IMG/VR virus record: IMGVR_UViG_3300027808_000147
Location: 1-25,843 of that record
Length of the DNA: 25,843 bases
Direction: 5' to 3' (one strand)
Source of the DNA: a virus
Lineage: Duplodnaviria; Caudoviricetes
This document shows, in pieces, positions 1 to 7,876 of the stretch. Made by a program: the position numbers and the translations under genes. The notes under the pieces were generated by a model, which was not told the origin of the DNA, did not search any database, and saw only the letters and a program-made list of their open reading frames with translations. Each line of letters begins with the position of its first letter. Within the stretch, counting starts at the first letter, position 1.

Positions 1-101
1 TCATTGTGTACATCACCATTCAGGTGACGCCAGTGTGGACGCATGGTGTTGACCCAGTTGTTTACTAGGTCAAACTGTTTTACAAATTCTTGTTCGTTCA
101 T
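1..101 (-). CDS. Hypothetical protein, truncated at the left edge (MNEQEFVKQFDLVNNWVNTMRPHW...)
   Basis: ATG at 101 overlaps the TGA of the upstream ORF (ATGA overlap); frame open to the edge; not in the ORF track. Confidence 0.6.
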   Translation of the reverse strand, partial: MNEQEFVKQFDLVNNWVNTMRPHWRHLNGDVHN

Positions 102-301
102 TGTGGTTTCTCCAAGTGTGCAATCATCTGACCGTGCTTTGAAGCGCAGTAGTAGGCCAAACCTTTCATCAGGTTATCATGTGTACTAGTCTCGAGCTGA
201 TGAGCTCTGTTTAGAAAATAACCAGCAAGTCCTGGTTTCATTTCAAAGAACCAGCACCAAGCGGCTGGAGTAGAATTTAATGTTGGGTAATTGAGTTTCA
301 T
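98..301 (-). CDS. Small hypothetical early protein, 67 aa
   Basis: ORF track; downstream of leftward sigma70 promoters; ATGA coupling to the next gene. Confidence 0.65.
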   Translation of the reverse strand: MKLNYPTLNSTPAAWCWFFEMKPGLAGYFLNRAHQLETSTHDNLMKGLAYYCASKHGQMIAHLEKPQ

Positions 302-311
302 AGTGTTTAAC

Positions 312-329
312 GGGAGGGTTTCCCCTCCC
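312..329 (-). other. 7-bp GC-rich hairpin with GAAA tetraloop (GGGAGGG-GAAA-CCCTCCC) between an AAGGA SD-like motif and the ATG at 301
   Basis: Perfect inverted repeat 312-318/323-329; no U-tract on the minus strand. Confidence 0.7.
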
Positions 330-335
330 TATCCT

Positions 336-506
336 TTATTTGTTTGCGATTGTTGCCAATGATTCAGCAATTGATTTTAAACTGTGTCGCATCTCGCTTA
401 GGTTCCATTCAATTGCGTTTAAGTGGTCTCTGTAATCATGTGTAGAGTCTTCTGATTCAATGCCTCTTACTGCGTCAATTAAGTCTTGTGCTTGTGATTC
501 TGTCAT
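336..506 (-). CDS. Small hypothetical early protein, 56 aa (MTESQAQDLIDAVRGIES...LATIANK), missed by the ORF track
   Basis: Hand translation; SD AAAGGA 8 nt upstream; first ORF after the promoter at 556-584. Confidence 0.75.
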   Translation of the reverse strand: MTESQAQDLIDAVRGIESEDSTHDYRDHLNAIEWNLSEMRHSLKSIAESLATIANK

Positions 507-555
507 TTTCTATATCCTTTAAGTTAAACAGTACTGATCTTGTGCTGTTGTTATT

Positions 556-584
556 AGTATATAGCTTTCGTAACGCAAAGTCAA
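556..584 (-). promoter_or_regulatory. Sigma70-type early promoter TTGACT-N17-TATACT
   Basis: -35 at 579-584, -10 at 556-561, 17-nt spacer counted. Confidence 0.8.
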
Positions 585-647
585 CCTGTTATGGCGAAAT
601 AATTGCAGATTTTTTAGGACCACATACGGCCGCGTCACCATTATATT

Positions 648-676
648 ATTATAGCATGTTATGCGGACAAATGCAA
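648..676 (-). promoter_or_regulatory. Sigma70-type promoter TTGCAT-N17-TATAAT with extended -10 (TGc)
   Basis: -35 at 671-676, perfect -10 at 648-653, 17-nt spacer. Confidence 0.75.
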
Positions 677-678
677 GT

Positions 679-712
679 TTGACTTTACCCATTGATCTCT
701 GTATACTAAGTA
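679..712 (+). promoter_or_regulatory. Sigma70-type promoter TTGACT-N17-TATACT, overlapped by TAAGTA (707-712)
   Basis: -35 at 679-684, -10 at 702-707; same TTGACTTT...TATACTAA as the promoter at 556-584. Confidence 0.8.
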
Positions 713-910
713 CACAATGCAAAGGGCGCAATGCCCCCAGCTAGGGTCACATTGTTAGCACCTGCGTCTTACAGCCATTAGATGCCTCCAAGAACCAAAG
801 TTGATATCCTCTCTTTGTTCTGCTAGTGACCTGGTAACTGTGGCCTGGACAGGGTTGATCGCCTGTTTACCGTGAGTTTAGTAAGGCATTCTCACAAAAG
901 GGCTCTTTTA
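713..910 (+). ncRNA. Candidate structured non-coding RNA (~190 nt), family unknown
   Basis: Directly behind a consensus promoter, no convincing ORF, multiple helices (745-750/826-831, 756-760/821-825, 792-800/813-820, 833-837/867-871, 849-853/862-866, 872-876/891-895), ends in a T-run. Confidence 0.5.
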
Positions 911-922
911 TTCTAGTTCAGT

Positions 923-928
923 TAAATA
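923..928 (+). promoter_or_regulatory. Putative late promoter TAAATA, 5 nt before the ATG at 934
   Basis: gtTAAATAacactATG; recurring motif. Confidence 0.65.
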
Positions 929-933
929 ACACT

Positions 934-1137
934 ATGAACAAATACTACAAAGACAGTGTACTCAAATCACATATCCTAATTCGTATGTTTATCAATGATG
1001 CCCTGGCCCATCCAGACACACGCGGACCACACAGTGCAATACAAGTGTTGAAGAACTGTGTTGATGATGCTTACAATCAAATGATGGGTGCTGATGAACA
1101 TCACATTGATCTGGACTATCCAGATGACTACGATTGA
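934..1137 (+). CDS. Hypothetical protein, 67 aa, acidic C-terminus, probably leaderless
   Basis: ORF track; TAAATA-N5-ATG and no SD; converges on and overlaps the minus-strand operon by 10 nt. Confidence 0.65.
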   Translation: MNKYYKDSVLKSHILIRMFINDALAHPDTRGPHSAIQVLKNCVDDAYNQMMGADEHHIDLDYPDDYD

Positions 1138-1424
1138 TCTTCTGAAATAATTCTACTGTTGTGCATCAGCATTACCTTGAAATGAGTGGTGTTGAATCGT
1201 TCGTTCAATCGTTCAGCTAGGTTGAATGCATGTCCTGGATTGGTGTATGTACTTTTACTATACTTGGGTCCAGGATAGCTTACTTCAATGTTTTGTTGTG
1301 TGCGAACCTGGATAGGTTGACCCATGTAGGTCACTGCGTATACTGCATCTGAAGCACATATTTGAATGGACTTGCCATTGAGATCTATATTTTGTAATAG
1401 GATTTGGGGTTGTGGTCTTGACAT
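1128..1424 (-). CDS. Conserved phage hypothetical protein, 98 aa (start revised to MSRPQPQILL)
   Basis: TAAGTA-N5-ATG at 1424; motif SYPGPKYSKSTYTNPGHAFNLAERLN recalled from uncharacterised proteins of large environmental phages (unverified). Confidence 0.8.
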   Translation of the reverse strand: MSRPQPQILLQNIDLNGKSIQICASDAVYAVTYMGQPIQVRTQQNIEVSYPGPKYSKSTYTNPGHAFNLAERLNERFNTTHFKVMLMHNSRIISEDQS

Positions 1425-1428
1425 ACTG

Positions 1429-1848
1429 TTACTTACGACTGTTGCCATGTGGCTGTATCTTGAGGCCATTTTCATCCAGGATAGGTGGTTCCCAATTGTA
1501 TGTGCAGGACATGTTGTGACTTTTTTGCCAAGCAACAGCACCTGATGTTCTGGCCAATTCTATCCAGCGCATGGGATCAATTGTGCTGACCAAGATCATG
1601 CGCCAACGATCAGTTTTGTAACTCATGGCCCAGGGTTCATTTAACAAATGAGCAAAAGGTACCTCAAGTGGCATGACAATTGCGGCTCTGATATGATCTG
1701 TTGTGACAGTTTCACAAGTGAATTTATATTCTTCTACACCAACTGCACGCCGCAGTATTGATTGTGGAGTTGGAAAAGGACTGTAATAACTTTTGCGTGG
1801 CTTGCTGAATTCAGGATACCACTTGTTGGCCACCAGGGTTTCCATCAT
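1429..1848 (-). CDS. Hypothetical protein, 139 aa
   Basis: ORF track; starts 1 nt after the hydroxylase stop and fills the gap exactly. Confidence 0.7.
   Translation of the reverse strand: MMETLVANKWYPEFSKPRKSYYSPFPTPQSILRRAVGVEEYKFTCETVTTDHIRAAIVMPLEVPFAHLLNEPWAMSYKTDRWRMILVSTIDPMRWIELARTSGAVAWQKSHNMSCTYNWEPPILDENGLKIQPHGNSRK
1430..1435 (-). promoter_or_regulatory. Putative late promoter variant TAAGTA, 5 nt before the ATG at 1424
   Basis: gTAAGTAacagtATG; overlaps the stop of the upstream ORF. Confidence 0.55.
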
Positions 1849-1849
1849 G

Positions 1850-2365
1850 TTACATCTCTACATCAAATATAACACTGATCCTATCTTCTGCGCTGTTGTT
1901 GTAACTGGAATGAACACGCTTGTTGTTGAACCACATCAGCGTGCCTGGGTTCACTTGTTTGCGTTGATCTTCCACTGTGTACAGGTATGATCCTGTGATG
2001 GCCAAATGGTAGCGATGTCTAGTCTTGTAGTATTCACCACCATCCACATGCGGGAACACTTGCTTGCCTGGTTTTAGTTTGACAATGGCCACACGCGATA
2101 CACCTGTTGGAAAGTATCTACCAACGGCTCGCATGGTTTCTGGGTACAAGTCATACAGTTTGGTAGGCTTGTATTGGTGATTGTCTCTGTGATCCGCTAA
2201 AGGTGTAGGTGACCAACTCTTGACCAAGTTGATTGTTTCTGTATTTGCTTGCTCATACAGCGTGGTCTGTCTTTTGGTATCTAACAACCAATTTTCTGGT
2301 TGGCTGTTTATTTCTTTAGCAATGGCTGAAACATCTAGGTCTCTGGTAATAATGAATATGTGCAT
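1850..2365 (-). CDS. 2OG-Fe(II) oxygenase, aspartyl/asparaginyl beta-hydroxylase-like domain
   Basis: HxD (PHVD), RYHLAI, WFNNKRVH distal His and DRISVIFDV 2-oxoglutarate-binding Arg. Confidence 0.85.
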   Translation of the reverse strand: MHIFIITRDLDVSAIAKEINSQPENWLLDTKRQTTLYEQANTETINLVKSWSPTPLADHRDNHQYKPTKLYDLYPETMRAVGRYFPTGVSRVAIVKLKPGKQVFPHVDGGEYYKTRHRYHLAITGSYLYTVEDQRKQVNPGTLMWFNNKRVHSSYNNSAEDRISVIFDVEM

Positions 2366-2376
2366 TCATATAGTTA

Positions 2377-2655
2377 TTACTTCAAATGAACCACGATGTA
2401 TCCAAGCAAGGCCAATAGGCCAATGACCACACTACCAGCAGTGGTCACTATGGTCTTGTATTTTTCATCCTTGGCAGACACCAACATGTCCTTGATCTCA
2501 CCAAAGCCCTTACGCACTTCTAGTTTGAAGTCCTGAACATCTATGCTGATGTCCTGGACCTTTTGTTCTATGCGTGTCATACGATCTTCAAGTGCTTTGT
2601 ATCTGAGTTCGCATAAGTCCACATGTATTTCTAGACTGTCTCGTTCTGTTGCCAT
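2377..2655 (-). CDS. Coiled-coil protein with one C-terminal TM helix (holin/XhlA-like architecture), 92 aa from MATERDS
   Basis: Heptad-like LEDRMTRIEQKVQDI then hydrophobic SVVIGLLALLGYIVV; follows the tail fibre. Confidence 0.6.
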   Translation of the reverse strand: MATERDSLEIHVDLCELRYKALEDRMTRIEQKVQDISIDVQDFKLEVRKGFGEIKDMLVSAKDEKYKTIVTTAGSVVIGLLALLGYIVVHLK

Positions 2656-2656
2656 G

Positions 2657-5600
2657 TTATGCACCTACTGGTGTTAAACTTGTAATAATTGTTGCTGTGC
2701 TGGGGCCAAATGCTGTGGCAGCAAAAGCAGGGAATGTTACATCTGTATCACTTACAGCATAAGCAATTTCCCAATAATCTGTGGTGTTGGCTGAACTAAC
2801 AAGGTAGTTCCAAGCAATGATCTTCAAACTACCTGCGTTGTTTTTTGCCACAGTAGTTCTACCCATACTGCCCACAACATCTGTGCCGTTCTTGCGTAGC
2901 CAAATATAAGCATCATGGTCGTTGGCATTGTCTGCATTTTCAACCTGAACACTGAACTGTAAATTGTAAATGCCACTGGCACCTGCAATCAATCTACTGG
3001 TGCTACCAACTGTGACTATGTTGTTGATGCTTGCTGTGCCCAATGGAAACACTTCCGCGGTGTCAGCGGCTGCTGGAGTCACCGTTGTGTTATATTCAAA
3101 TTGTCCATACACACGATTGTAAACAATGTTGTTACCTGTGACACCCACACCTGTGTTGGCATAAGCACCTGTGTTTAGTGTGAATGTGTTGGCTCTAAGT
3201 GTACAACTGGCTGGAGTATGATCCACAATGTTCAAGCGGTTTGCTGGATTCATTGGCGTGGCCAAAGGATACGCACGAATTCTATAACCACCACCACCAT
3301 TGGTCACTGTGGCTATTGAGAACTGCTGTGTGCCTGGCAGTGTAGGTGCCACTGTGTGTGGAATACCTAAACTGATACTGGTCAAACTGCTTACACCACT
3401 ACTTACAGGATATGTGCCATCTGTGACATTGGTCACATTGGCCACAGTGACCAAGGCGTTGCGTCCAAACGGATATGAAGTTTGTCCTGCTAATGTAAAT
3501 GTTACACCACAACGAGTCAAAGTCAATCCTGTTAATGTGCCTGCTGTGGTAGTGATAGGATTACCGTTGGGAGTAGCACTCAGTGTTGCTGTTGTGGTGC
3601 CGTTGGTTGCAATGATCCAATAGTTCTGTCCTGACGCAATACCAGTTGCTGTTCCAGTCAGCGTGCCTGTGACACGAATGGCACCACCAACACCAGGTGT
3701 AGTGGCACCAAAACTTATTTGACCTTTGGTGCCTGTGACAGCAGGTGTGGTCAATGCCACACGGAAACTTGACGCTACTGCTGTGATGTTGGCACTGGTC
3801 AATGTCAGTGTGCCATCCACCAAGTTTTCAGCCGCATAGCCTTGTGTTTGTATAATGTGACTGGTGCTTATGCCACCACCTTGATACTGTGTGGCAATGT
3901 CATTGCTAAAGGCAGAGGTGGCGTAACCGTTAAAGTTGTGTGTGCCCAACACAGTGCCTGACAGTATTGCTGATGGTGCTACACTGTTTACACCTGTCCA
4001 AGGAATGTTTACACCTGTGACACTGTTGCCTTCTGCGACTTTGAAGTTCAGTGAAGGCGCGGCATTTGTCGCAGCCAAAGTATCACCATAATAGTGAAGG
4101 TATTGAGCATTGGCACCATAACCGTTAGTGCCTGGTTCAAAACTTGATGCGGCTGAATACCCGTTGTTGTCAGTGACGGTGGTTAATGTAGCAGGAGGAA
4201 ACACATAACTATTATTGGTAGAGGCCTGGGCCTCGCCACGCAATCTTTGAACACTATCAAAAACAATTACGCCAGTGCCGTTTGGATCTACAGTGATGTT
4301 GCCATTGGCACCTGAGGCCATGGTTATAGTGCCTGCGTCTACACCAGCCGCTGTTTGTAATATTAAATTGCCTGATGTTGTGCTGATAGTTTGATCTGAA
4401 TCAACACCAACTGTTACATTACCAAGTGTGGCGCCTGATGCCGCAAAATTACCACTTGCATCACGAGCAACAATAGTTGAGGCTGTATTGGCATCTGTAG
4501 CGTCACTGCCCAATGTAATTGCTGTGCCACTGGTGTATGCGGCTGTTATGTGTCCACCATCAGTTAGTTTGACTGTGTCTGTTGTGGCATCTGAGCCAAC
4601 CAAGTTTAAGTTAGCACCACCAGATGTGCTGGTTGCGTTAAAGTCGTAGGTTGTGTTTAAGTCAGCAGGGCTATACCAACTTAAATTACCAGTGCCATCT
4701 GTTTGTAATACTTGACTGGCTGTGCCATCAGCATATGGAAATGTATAATTGGGAAAATCTGTGGTTCCATCAGAGTTCAAATTCCATATGCCATTTACTG
4801 AACCAGGATCTGAACCGCCTGCTGTGTGGTCCCATGTTAAAGTATTAAAAGCCGTTGTCAATGTGCTGTCACCATAACCAACACCACCATCTAATGCCAA
4901 GGTGGTTTGATAATCATCAATAGTCAAAGCACTTGGAGCAACACCACCACCAGTTATGGTCAATGCACCACCAGTATAAGTTACAGCAGGCGTTGCAACA
5001 GTGGTAAATGTGCCCACACCTGCACTAAAATCGCCTGAAGCATCACGAGCAACAATAGTTGAAGCAGTATTGGCATCAGTTGCATCTGTAGTGACTATCA
5101 CAGCACCTGTAGTAGGACTTGCTGTTACATGAGTGCCACCAGTGACACTTAATACATTACCAGCAGATGCTAACCAACTCACATTGCCTGCGCCGTCAGT
5201 TGTTAGAATTGTGTTTACAGCACCATCTGCGGCTGGGAATGTATAGTTAGGAAATTGTGTGCTACCATCATCAACAAAATACCAACCGTTTGAATTGACA
5301 GTAATAACAGCAAGTCCATTTGGATAAGATACATTCTCATTGAGGCCTAAACTGGCCTTGTTACCTGGTTGTGTGGTAACATTAATGTTGTCAGTTTTTG
5401 CTCTAACTTCATCAGTAAAAACAAGATCAGCAGTGACCGTGTTAAATATCACACTACTGGTTGTATCAATATCTTGTGGCAAACTCAGTGTGACAGCACC
5501 TGTAGGGCTTGAAGCAATAACTTGATTTGCTGTGCCAGTAATACTGGTCACACCACCTGCAACAGCCGCATCAACATAAGTTTTAGTTGTCAAGTCAGTG

Positions 5601-6652
5601 CCAATAGTAGGTCCTGCTGGATTGACAGTTGCGTATAAATTTGTATCATCAACAAACGAAATGCTTTTGTTGGTAGGACCAAGCACACCAGCAATGTATT
5701 CACCAGTTAAGAAACGGAATGTGTTTGATAACGCACTACCACGAGCACCCATTTGCAAAAATTCTGCATTTAGATTATCACTTGAATTGAGAACGCTGAA
5801 CAAGCCTTGTGCGCTAGAGCCTGTGTTGGGAGCCGCCACACGCAGGCCACTGGTGTTGCCAGTTGTGCTTTGAATAGTAGGACGGTTAAAACGGCTGTTG
5901 GCTTCTGAGTATAAGAAACTTGTGCCTTGTGCAAGGTTAATGTCTGTGCCATCAACAGTCAAGTCACCATCAATCTGTAAATCACCTGCGTTGTTCAACG
6001 ACATTTTAGTGGTAGCGGCTGCACCTGCTGTCATTAGACCAAAACTCATTGAGAAGTCTTCGCTGGTAGGCGTTACATCTGTGCTGACAACACTGATAAA
6101 ACCTGCTCGTTCAGTGTTGCCAGGTGCTGTTTCAACTTCAAATTCTAAACTGTTACCAAAGCCCGCCGCTGGAGTGCCTGAACTTTGAACACTCAATGCT
6201 AAACTTCTAACAGCAACATTGGTGTTAGCAGTGGTTCTAGTTATTGATGTTGGTGCTGTGGTGCCACTGGTGATCTCCACACCATTTGATCCTGTGGCAG
6301 TGATAGCAAGATCGCCTGAGGTTGTCGTGATTGTATTATCTGTGGCTACACCAATTGTGATGTTGCCAAAATCAGCACCTGGTGCTGTTACTGTTCCACC
6401 TGCTGTTAGCGCATTGTTTATAGTGGTAGTGCCTGTGGCCGCACCAATGTTCATTGAGGTGGCCGCAAGTCCTAAATTGATAGTTGTTGCGTTGGCAGGG
6501 AAAATATTGCCTGTAGTGGCTGTGGTAAGAATGTTGCCTGATAACACATATAGATCGCCACGAACTACTACATTGCCTGAGCTGTCTGGAATAGGCGTAC
6601 TGGCCTCACCATACAAACTGGTTGAGTTACCTGAATTACTTGATGTTGACAT
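2657..6652 (-). CDS. Tail fibre / receptor-binding protein, 1331 aa, with a C-terminal C1q/TNF-like head
   Basis: Thr/Gly/Ala-rich; fibre motifs DLTTKTYVD and ADG..QVL.TDG.GNLSW (x2), DATDANTASTIVARDASG (x2); C-terminal GIYNLQFSVQ...IWLRKNGTDV. Confidence 0.85.
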   Translation of the reverse strand: MSTSSNSGNSTSLYGEASTPIPDSSGNVVVRGDLYVLSGNILTTATTGNIFPANATTINLGLAATSMNIGAATGTTTINNALTAGGTVTAPGADFGNITIGVATDNTITTTSGDLAITATGSNGVEITSGTTAPTSITRTTANTNVAVRSLALSVQSSGTPAAGFGNSLEFEVETAPGNTERAGFISVVSTDVTPTSEDFSMSFGLMTAGAAATTKMSLNNAGDLQIDGDLTVDGTDINLAQGTSFLYSEANSRFNRPTIQSTTGNTSGLRVAAPNTGSSAQGLFSVLNSSDNLNAEFLQMGARGSALSNTFRFLTGEYIAGVLGPTNKSISFVDDTNLYATVNPAGPTIGTDLTTKTYVDAAVAGGVTSITGTANQVIASSPTGAVTLSLPQDIDTTSSVIFNTVTADLVFTDEVRAKTDNINVTTQPGNKASLGLNENVSYPNGLAVITVNSNGWYFVDDGSTQFPNYTFPAADGAVNTILTTDGAGNVSWLASAGNVLSVTGGTHVTASPTTGAVIVTTDATDANTASTIVARDASGDFSAGVGTFTTVATPAVTYTGGALTITGGGVAPSALTIDDYQTTLALDGGVGYGDSTLTTAFNTLTWDHTAGGSDPGSVNGIWNLNSDGTTDFPNYTFPYADGTASQVLQTDGTGNLSWYSPADLNTTYDFNATSTSGGANLNLVGSDATTDTVKLTDGGHITAAYTSGTAITLGSDATDANTASTIVARDASGNFAASGATLGNVTVGVDSDQTISTTSGNLILQTAAGVDAGTITMASGANGNITVDPNGTGVIVFDSVQRLRGEAQASTNNSYVFPPATLTTVTDNNGYSAASSFEPGTNGYGANAQYLHYYGDTLAATNAAPSLNFKVAEGNSVTGVNIPWTGVNSVAPSAILSGTVLGTHNFNGYATSAFSNDIATQYQGGGISTSHIIQTQGYAAENLVDGTLTLTSANITAVASSFRVALTTPAVTGTKGQISFGATTPGVGGAIRVTGTLTGTATGIASGQNYWIIATNGTTTATLSATPNGNPITTTAGTLTGLTLTRCGVTFTLAGQTSYPFGRNALVTVANVTNVTDGTYPVSSGVSSLTSISLGIPHTVAPTLPGTQQFSIATVTNGGGGYRIRAYPLATPMNPANRLNIVDHTPASCTLRANTFTLNTGAYANTGVGVTGNNIVYNRVYGQFEYNTTVTPAAADTAEVFPLGTASINNIVTVGSTSRLIAGASGIYNLQFSVQVENADNANDHDAYIWLRKNGTDVVGSMGRTTVAKNNAGSLKIIAWNYLVSSANTTDYWEIAYAVSDTDVTFPAFAATAFGPSTATIITSLTPVGA

Positions 6653-6664
6653 TGTCTTTGATCC

Positions 6665-7873
6665 TTATTTGATTGAGTATTGACGATACTGTCTAGGTTG
6701 CCATACGCTGGTTAATCTAGTGTGTCCACCTGACCACTTACCTAAACTATTCTGATCATTAACTACATTCCAGGCCATATCAAATTTGGTTTGATATACT
6801 GCGGCATCTGTGTCATTGTGACGCTTGATGTAATATTCGCGTAGTGTAGCGTAAACATATCCTTCAGGCCATGTTTGTAGCACTGCATTGCTTTGAACTG
6901 TTAAACCAGTTTGTGTAATACCTGTAACTGTGCCTGCTGTGGGAGTAGTTCCACCTGTTGTGGTGGCTGTGATTGAAGTTGAACCTATAATACTTGTTAC
7001 TGTGGTAACACCAGCTGTGCTACCAAAACTACCTGTGCCTGCTGTGGCATAAATTTCGTCACCAACTTCTAAGTCACCAACACTGGTCATATTGGTAATG
7101 GTAAAGTTAAAAGGACCAGCACCTGAGATTGAGCCCACTGTGCCTGTTACACTGATAACTTCATCTGTAACAGGTGCAAACAACAAGGGCCACGCCTTGT
7201 AGTAATACAAGTTGATCAAGTCGCCTTCAGCAACATAAGGTAAAAATTGATAGTTGCTATAAACTTCACTAAATTTACCACGGATAACTGCTGGCACATT
7301 AACTGGTTGCAAATATAATTGTGCAATCATGCCTTGTGTGATAATGTCACGATCACCAATACGATCATAAACAATCCAAGGTCCTGTTTGACTTGCACTA
7401 TTGCCAGTTGTGGCAAATGTCAATGTGCCTGATACTGTGCCTGAGTTGGCCACACTTAGGGTCATGGTAGCACCTGAAATACCTGTGCTGACATTGGTAA
7501 TGGTAGCACCTGAACCAATACCAGTACCTGTTACACTCATGTTATTTTGTAATGATTGTGCTGGTGTGCTGGTAAGCAAAATAGTTGTTTGACCACTTGT
7601 GCCTGTGGCTGTTGCAGTTGTGCTAACTTGCTGTCCTTGCTTGAAGAACAAAATTGGCTTGTTCATATCACCAGGGATTGGAATGCGTCCATTGGCATCA
7701 GCAACACCAATGTTTTCTACAGCATAAGGATCTGATCGTAGTGCTGGCAGTTCAATGTTACGCATGGACATCTCTGCCATAAAGATACATTGCTTAACTT
7801 CTGTGTCATTAGTTGATCCAGTAAAGTCTTTGATGAACTCTACCAGTGCATCACCTGTTGGAATAATAAACAT
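6665..7873 (-). CDS. Head-to-tail adaptor-like protein with two Thr/Gly-rich insertions
   Basis: Helical N-terminus (ALVEFIKDF...CIFMAE), C-terminal NAVLQTWPEGYVYATLREY resembling podoviral adaptors; two genes after the capsid. Confidence 0.65.
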   Translation of the reverse strand: MFIIPTGDALVEFIKDFTGSTNDTEVKQCIFMAEMSMRNIELPALRSDPYAVENIGVADANGRIPIPGDMNKPILFFKQGQQVSTTATATGTSGQTTILLTSTPAQSLQNNMSVTGTGIGSGATITNVSTGISGATMTLSVANSGTVSGTLTFATTGNSASQTGPWIVYDRIGDRDIITQGMIAQLYLQPVNVPAVIRGKFSEVYSNYQFLPYVAEGDLINLYYYKAWPLLFAPVTDEVISVTGTVGSISGAGPFNFTITNMTSVGDLEVGDEIYATAGTGSFGSTAGVTTVTSIIGSTSITATTTGGTTPTAGTVTGITQTGLTVQSNAVLQTWPEGYVYATLREYYIKRHNDTDAAVYQTKFDMAWNVVNDQNSLGKWSGGHTRLTSVWQPRQYRQYSIK

Positions 7874-7876
7874 TTT

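Noticed and set aside
488-731. Track ORFs 488..682 (+) and 519..731 (-)
   Set aside because: They run across three consensus promoters and lack an SD; a better ORF (336-506) with an SD explains the region
717-758. 13-codon ORF MQRAQCPQLGSHC after TAAGTA
   Set aside because: Spacing is 4 nt rather than 5 and the ORF is buried in predicted helices; cannot be fully excluded
1425-1541. 39-aa N-terminal extension of ORF 1128..1541
   Set aside because: Overlaps the upstream gene; ATG 1424 fits the motif-N5-ATG pattern
3400-5448. TAAGTA (3400-3405, minus) and TAAATA (5443-5448, plus) inside the tail fibre; also TAAGTA at 25255-25260
   Set aside because: Intragenic or antisense with no downstream start; treated as background, which shows the TAAGTA variant alone is weak evidence
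3300-7592. Many plus-strand ORFs rich in Val/Pro/Ala
   Set aside because: Antisense shadows of Thr/Gly-rich minus-strand genes; the same applies to the shadow ORFs between 9 and 25 kb
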